A DNA stretch of 64,000 nt. It comes from Eledone cirrhosa (taxonomy: Eukaryota). The stretch spans positions 85,064,001 to 85,128,000 of the forward strand of contig OZ024740.1 in assembly GCA_964016885.1 (NCBI GenBank), in the 5' to 3' direction. Shown here one piece after another: positions 60,382-64,000 of the stretch. Within the stretch, counting starts at the first letter, position 1. Each line of letters opens with the position of its first letter. The position numbers and the translations under genes are program-made. The notes under the pieces are model-generated. The model worked only from the letters and a program-made list of their open reading frames with translations, was not told the DNA's origin and did not search any database.

Positions 60382-63138
60382 TGTAGTGACCTACATTCCG
60401 CGGGCTCATATACATTCTCTATGCATGATTTGGCTCAGTTCAGCCAATCAGCGCCAGTAGAAGAGGATGTATCCCTACGCGCCCTGAGGAAAAAATTCCC
60501 CGCGAAGATTTGAAGAATCTCTCTCTTGTACCGAAAACTTCAAGCCAGCAACACGCATAATGTAACGGTGAGATATTGCACCCTAGCCTCGCCGGCTTAA
60601 CGGCGCAATGGCACATTCCCTTTTGTAACCTCTTTTTATCTGTAACTTCAACCATATAAGTTAACAAACATTGTGTGTGCTACATCAAAAATAAACATAC
60701 ATTTCATCTCTAATTTCTGCTGTTGAAATCATTATTATGTTACTCGTGTCTCAATAACATCTATAATCCATGCTGCTGGAATTGGCGACCTGACGAAAGG
60801 AATATTGTAAATAGATGGTAAATAGATCGAGGGACCTTCCCTCACGTCTATGTCGACAAGATAATCCAACGAGGATACTATCACTTACCACACTGGCAAC
60901 TAACGACCCTTCAATCATTTACCCTGTTAAAGTAACGACCTTTCATACTACTACCCTGCTAAAGTGGTGACCGACGTAAGAATTTAACACATCCCTTCTT
61001 TTTCATTCAGTTGAACTTTTATTGCCACGTTGCCAACCTTTTTCGCAACTTGCGAAAATACAATATATTCCTTTCAAAATTTTTTGAAAAATTGGCAGTA
61101 TTTCAAAAACTTTTTCGCCACGAAAAAATTTCAAGATGGCTACCGACAAGTCCTAACTACACTCGACAACAACAACGACAGCAGCAGCGACAGCGTTGTT
61201 TAACCACTGACCAATACAAGGAATAGTGAGTGGCAACTTCATGGCCTTACCGACGCAAACCACCACACATCGGAAATTTCAAAACGGCTTGTAGCTTTAC
61301 CGACGCAACCACCATACCTTCTGTCTCGTTACCACAGGGACTCGAGAAATTGAGACAGTAATTTTCTCACCATTATGGCGTCAGACGTGGCTGCCATGTT
61401 TGGTGACTGCTACTCTACAGAAGATTCTTTGACTTTGCCTTAACAATAAGCAACACAACCTTGTGGCAGGACGGTAAAATGGCCACGAAAAACTCTCAAA
61501 AACACCATACACCTAACCCCTAACGGCATTAACAAACTTCTTTTTCAGTTTTCAGATAGAACTAGTGTCAGTACACTGGTGATGTGTGAACTATTTGACT
61601 TTGAAAAACTTTGAACTTATTGAGCAATTTCTCTGCTCCCTTAGATTGACTTTGAATTATCAGTTTGTTACATTCACATATTTCTTTGTAGAATGCATTT
61701 ACTTGTTTTGTGTTCTTTTGCTATTTGCTTGCTCATGGTTTTTGTTCATTCACATTCTTTGCTGTTTTACATGCCTGCATATGCACACATTTTTTTATCA
61801 CACACCAACATGTTGTTCTTGGTATATGTTCTTCAAACGTAATATTCTGCGCGTCCCTTTTCACCTGGTTGAGGTGCTGTCACATGCTAGCAGCTCACAG
61901 AGCTTAATCCACTGGATTCAAACAGGCACCGCAACACGAGAATACTAATTGCAGCTGAACTCAAACAGCTTCGCATCTCGTTGCACACTGATCGTCCATG
62001 ACGGCCATCCGTCTTGTTGTTTTTGCCCGACTCGCTGGGAAAGCAACAAATTGAACTGGACTTGTCAGCATTTCGGCCACTCCTGTGGATTCGCCCGAAT
62101 TATGGAATTTACACTGCTACCCACCTACCGATTAAACTTGCTTTTTTTTCTTTACAAAGCAACCAGCCATTTTTTCCTGGCTCCCTAGCACATTCGGCAA
62201 TACATCTGGGAGGCCAACATTTTCTCGCCTACCCATCATCTTCTTGCCAGCACTGCCATAATAGCTTCGTCCACAGCTACTGGTGCAGCACTTGCCATTG
62301 ACATTTAATGCAAGAACAGCAACTTCGCCCATGTCAGACTTTATCCGTTTTTTGTTAGACCTTTGGCGGTCACGTATAAACAACAAAACAACTGGTCATT
62401 TGACACAGCGGCTCAACACGGCCCGTAGCGCCTCATTTTTTTTCTTGCATGCAGCCTTCTGCTCAATTATTTTGTCACTGATGTGCTCTTTCGGCATTTG
62501 TTCTTGCTGATTTAATAATCTGTATCGACTACCGTCTAGAAAGGGGGTATTGTAGTAACCTACATTCCGCGGGCTCATATACATTCTCTATGCGTGATTT
62601 GGCTCAGTTCAGTCAATCAGCGCCAGTAGAAGAGGATGTATCCCTACGCGCCCCGAGGAAGAAATTCCCCGCGAAGATTTGAAGAATCTCTCTCTTGTAC
62701 CGAAAACTTCAAGCCAGCAACACGCATAATGTAACGGTGAGATATTGCACCCTAGCCTCGCCGGCTTAACGGCGCAATGGCACATTCCCTTTTGTAACCT
62801 CTTTTTATCTGTAACTTCAACCATATAAGTTAACAAACATTGTGTGTGCTACATCAAAAATAAACATACATTTCATCTCTAATTTCTGCTGTTGAAATCA
62901 TTATTATGTTACTCGTGTCTCAATAACATCTATAATCCATGCTGCTGGAATTGGCGACCTGACGAAAGGAATATTGTAAATAGATGGTAAATAGATCGAG
63001 GGACCTTCCCTCACGTCTATGTCGACAAGATAATCCAACGAGGATACTATCACTTACCCCACTGGCAACTAACGACCCTTCAATCATCTACCCTGTTAAA
63101 GTGGCGACCACGACTACTTAATAACTAATACTGCTAAA
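60382..63138 (+). mobile_element. Non-autonomous LTR retrotransposon (Gypsy-like) inserted in the PLE RT
   Basis: LTRs 60382-60963 and 62551-63138; PBS tggtgaccgacgt at 60965; PPT agaaaggggg at about 62538-62547; TSD AACT; removal restores RKELTAFFK. Confidence 0.9.
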
Positions 63139-63372
63139 AACTCACAGCCTTCTTTAAATGCTTCAACCTCTCCATACAGGTTGAGGCCAACGTCTCGGTC
63201 GTCAATTACCTCGACGTTACCCTCAATTTGTCGAATGGCTTGCACTACCCGTATAGAAAGCCGAATGGTATGCTTAATTACATAAGTAAGTGTTCTAATC
63301 ATCCTGCCATTATAACCAAGAACCTGGTAAGAAACGTTTCTTTGAGGCTTTGCCGTCTATCTACAAACGAGC
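63139..63372 (+). pseudogene. PLE reverse transcriptase, continuation
   Basis: TAFFKCFNLSIQVEANVSVVNYLDVTLNLSNGLHYPYRKPN...SNHPAII...RLCRLSTNE. Confidence 0.9.
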
Positions 63373-63502
63373 AGTATTATCTTCGCTTTTTTCCGTTCAT
63401 TGCCAGGGAAGGTCTTCACGAACCAAAGTATCGTCTTCCTGTTTTCCTTCGGTTGCAGCGTTTTTCGAAATATTTACTTCTGCGTTTACAGATTGATTTT
63501 TT

Positions 63503-63553
63503 AGTTTCAGAAGATCCCGTTAAGGGTGAAAGCAGCGATTCTTTGCTTAAACT
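63503..63553 (+). ncRNA. Hammerhead-like fold in the PLE pseudo-LTR (atypical CAGAAGA core; inverted copy 57994-58044)
   Basis: agttt-CAGAAGA-tccc gttaa gggt-GAAA-gcag cgattct ttgc-TT-aaact. Confidence 0.55.
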
Positions 63554-63575
63554 TTAATCTTTTATATATATATAT

Positions 63576-63915
63576 ATTATAAAATAACAGGAGGCTGGAC
63601 TGGTGTAAATCCTTGAAAGGTTTATTATACCATGATCATTTCAATGACCGGGTTCGGTATGAATCCGGTGATATCATCAGGTATTCGAAATATAACAAAG
63701 GAATATAACAGATAAAATCCATGGGGCTGAAAATCAGAGACAAGAGGACGACCGACCATTTAGCAGCTTCTACCTCAGTCGGTCGCCCTCCTTTGTTATA
63801 TTTCGAATACCTGATGATATCACCGGATTCATACCGAACCCGGTTATTGAAACGATCATGGTATAATAAACCTTTCAAGGATTTACACCAGTCCAGCCTC
63901 CTGTTATTTTATAAT
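63576..63915. mobile_element. PLE-type insert with 127-bp inverted arms, each carrying a minimal hammerhead fold
   Basis: 63576-63702/63789-63915; atac-CTGATGA-..accgg..ccggt..-GAAA-(t/c)gatca-TG-gtat at 63627-63684 (-) and 63807-63864 (+). Confidence 0.75.
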
Positions 63916-64000
63916 AATTAACTCTGTACTCGCACCACCAACTACACAAACGAAGGCGGATGAGTTGCATTACGTTGAGTACTCACCAAAATATTTCATC

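Larger units (their letters stand above)
57982..63560. mobile_element. Composite Penelope-like element (probably Hydra clade): inverted 3' part plus forward RT part
   Basis: About 190-bp inverted termini (57987-58177/63374-63560), (TA)n flanks, GIY-YIG on the minus strand, PLE RT on the plus strand. Confidence 0.85.

Noticed and set aside
61950-62260. Minus-strand LASQMYCRMC / DGW motifs suggestive of a captured Merlin transposase piece
   Set aside because: Too many stops and too little similarity to support without a profile search.

Overview
AT-rich, repeat-dense animal genomic DNA. The repeat families suggest an octopus or other coleoid cephalopod (inference). One host gene is supported: the last six coding exons of a pleckstrin-like (DEP + PH) gene on the + strand (28299-49270), with canonical splice sites and consistent phases. 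The rest is mobile DNA and simple repeats. There are two intact RTE-clade LINE ORFs, one with three C-terminal C2H2 fingers and one with a PHD-like finger inside RT, the latter sitting head-to-head with a truncated inverted twin. Also present: a CR1-like LINE remnant, tRNA-derived SINEs, several MITEs, about 10 kb of (TA)n-type microsatellite, and a rearranged Penelope-like element (PLE) interrupted by a non-autonomous LTR element. The main hidden signal is a set of hammerhead-ribozyme folds read by eye. At least seven sequence-unrelated folds occur in short (TA)n-flanked, often inverted-repeat inserts, including a canonical fold with a 7-bp stem I and a compensatory U3-A8 core variant. This points to a diverse, TA-targeting PLE/retrozyme-like system. 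No computation or database search was run.
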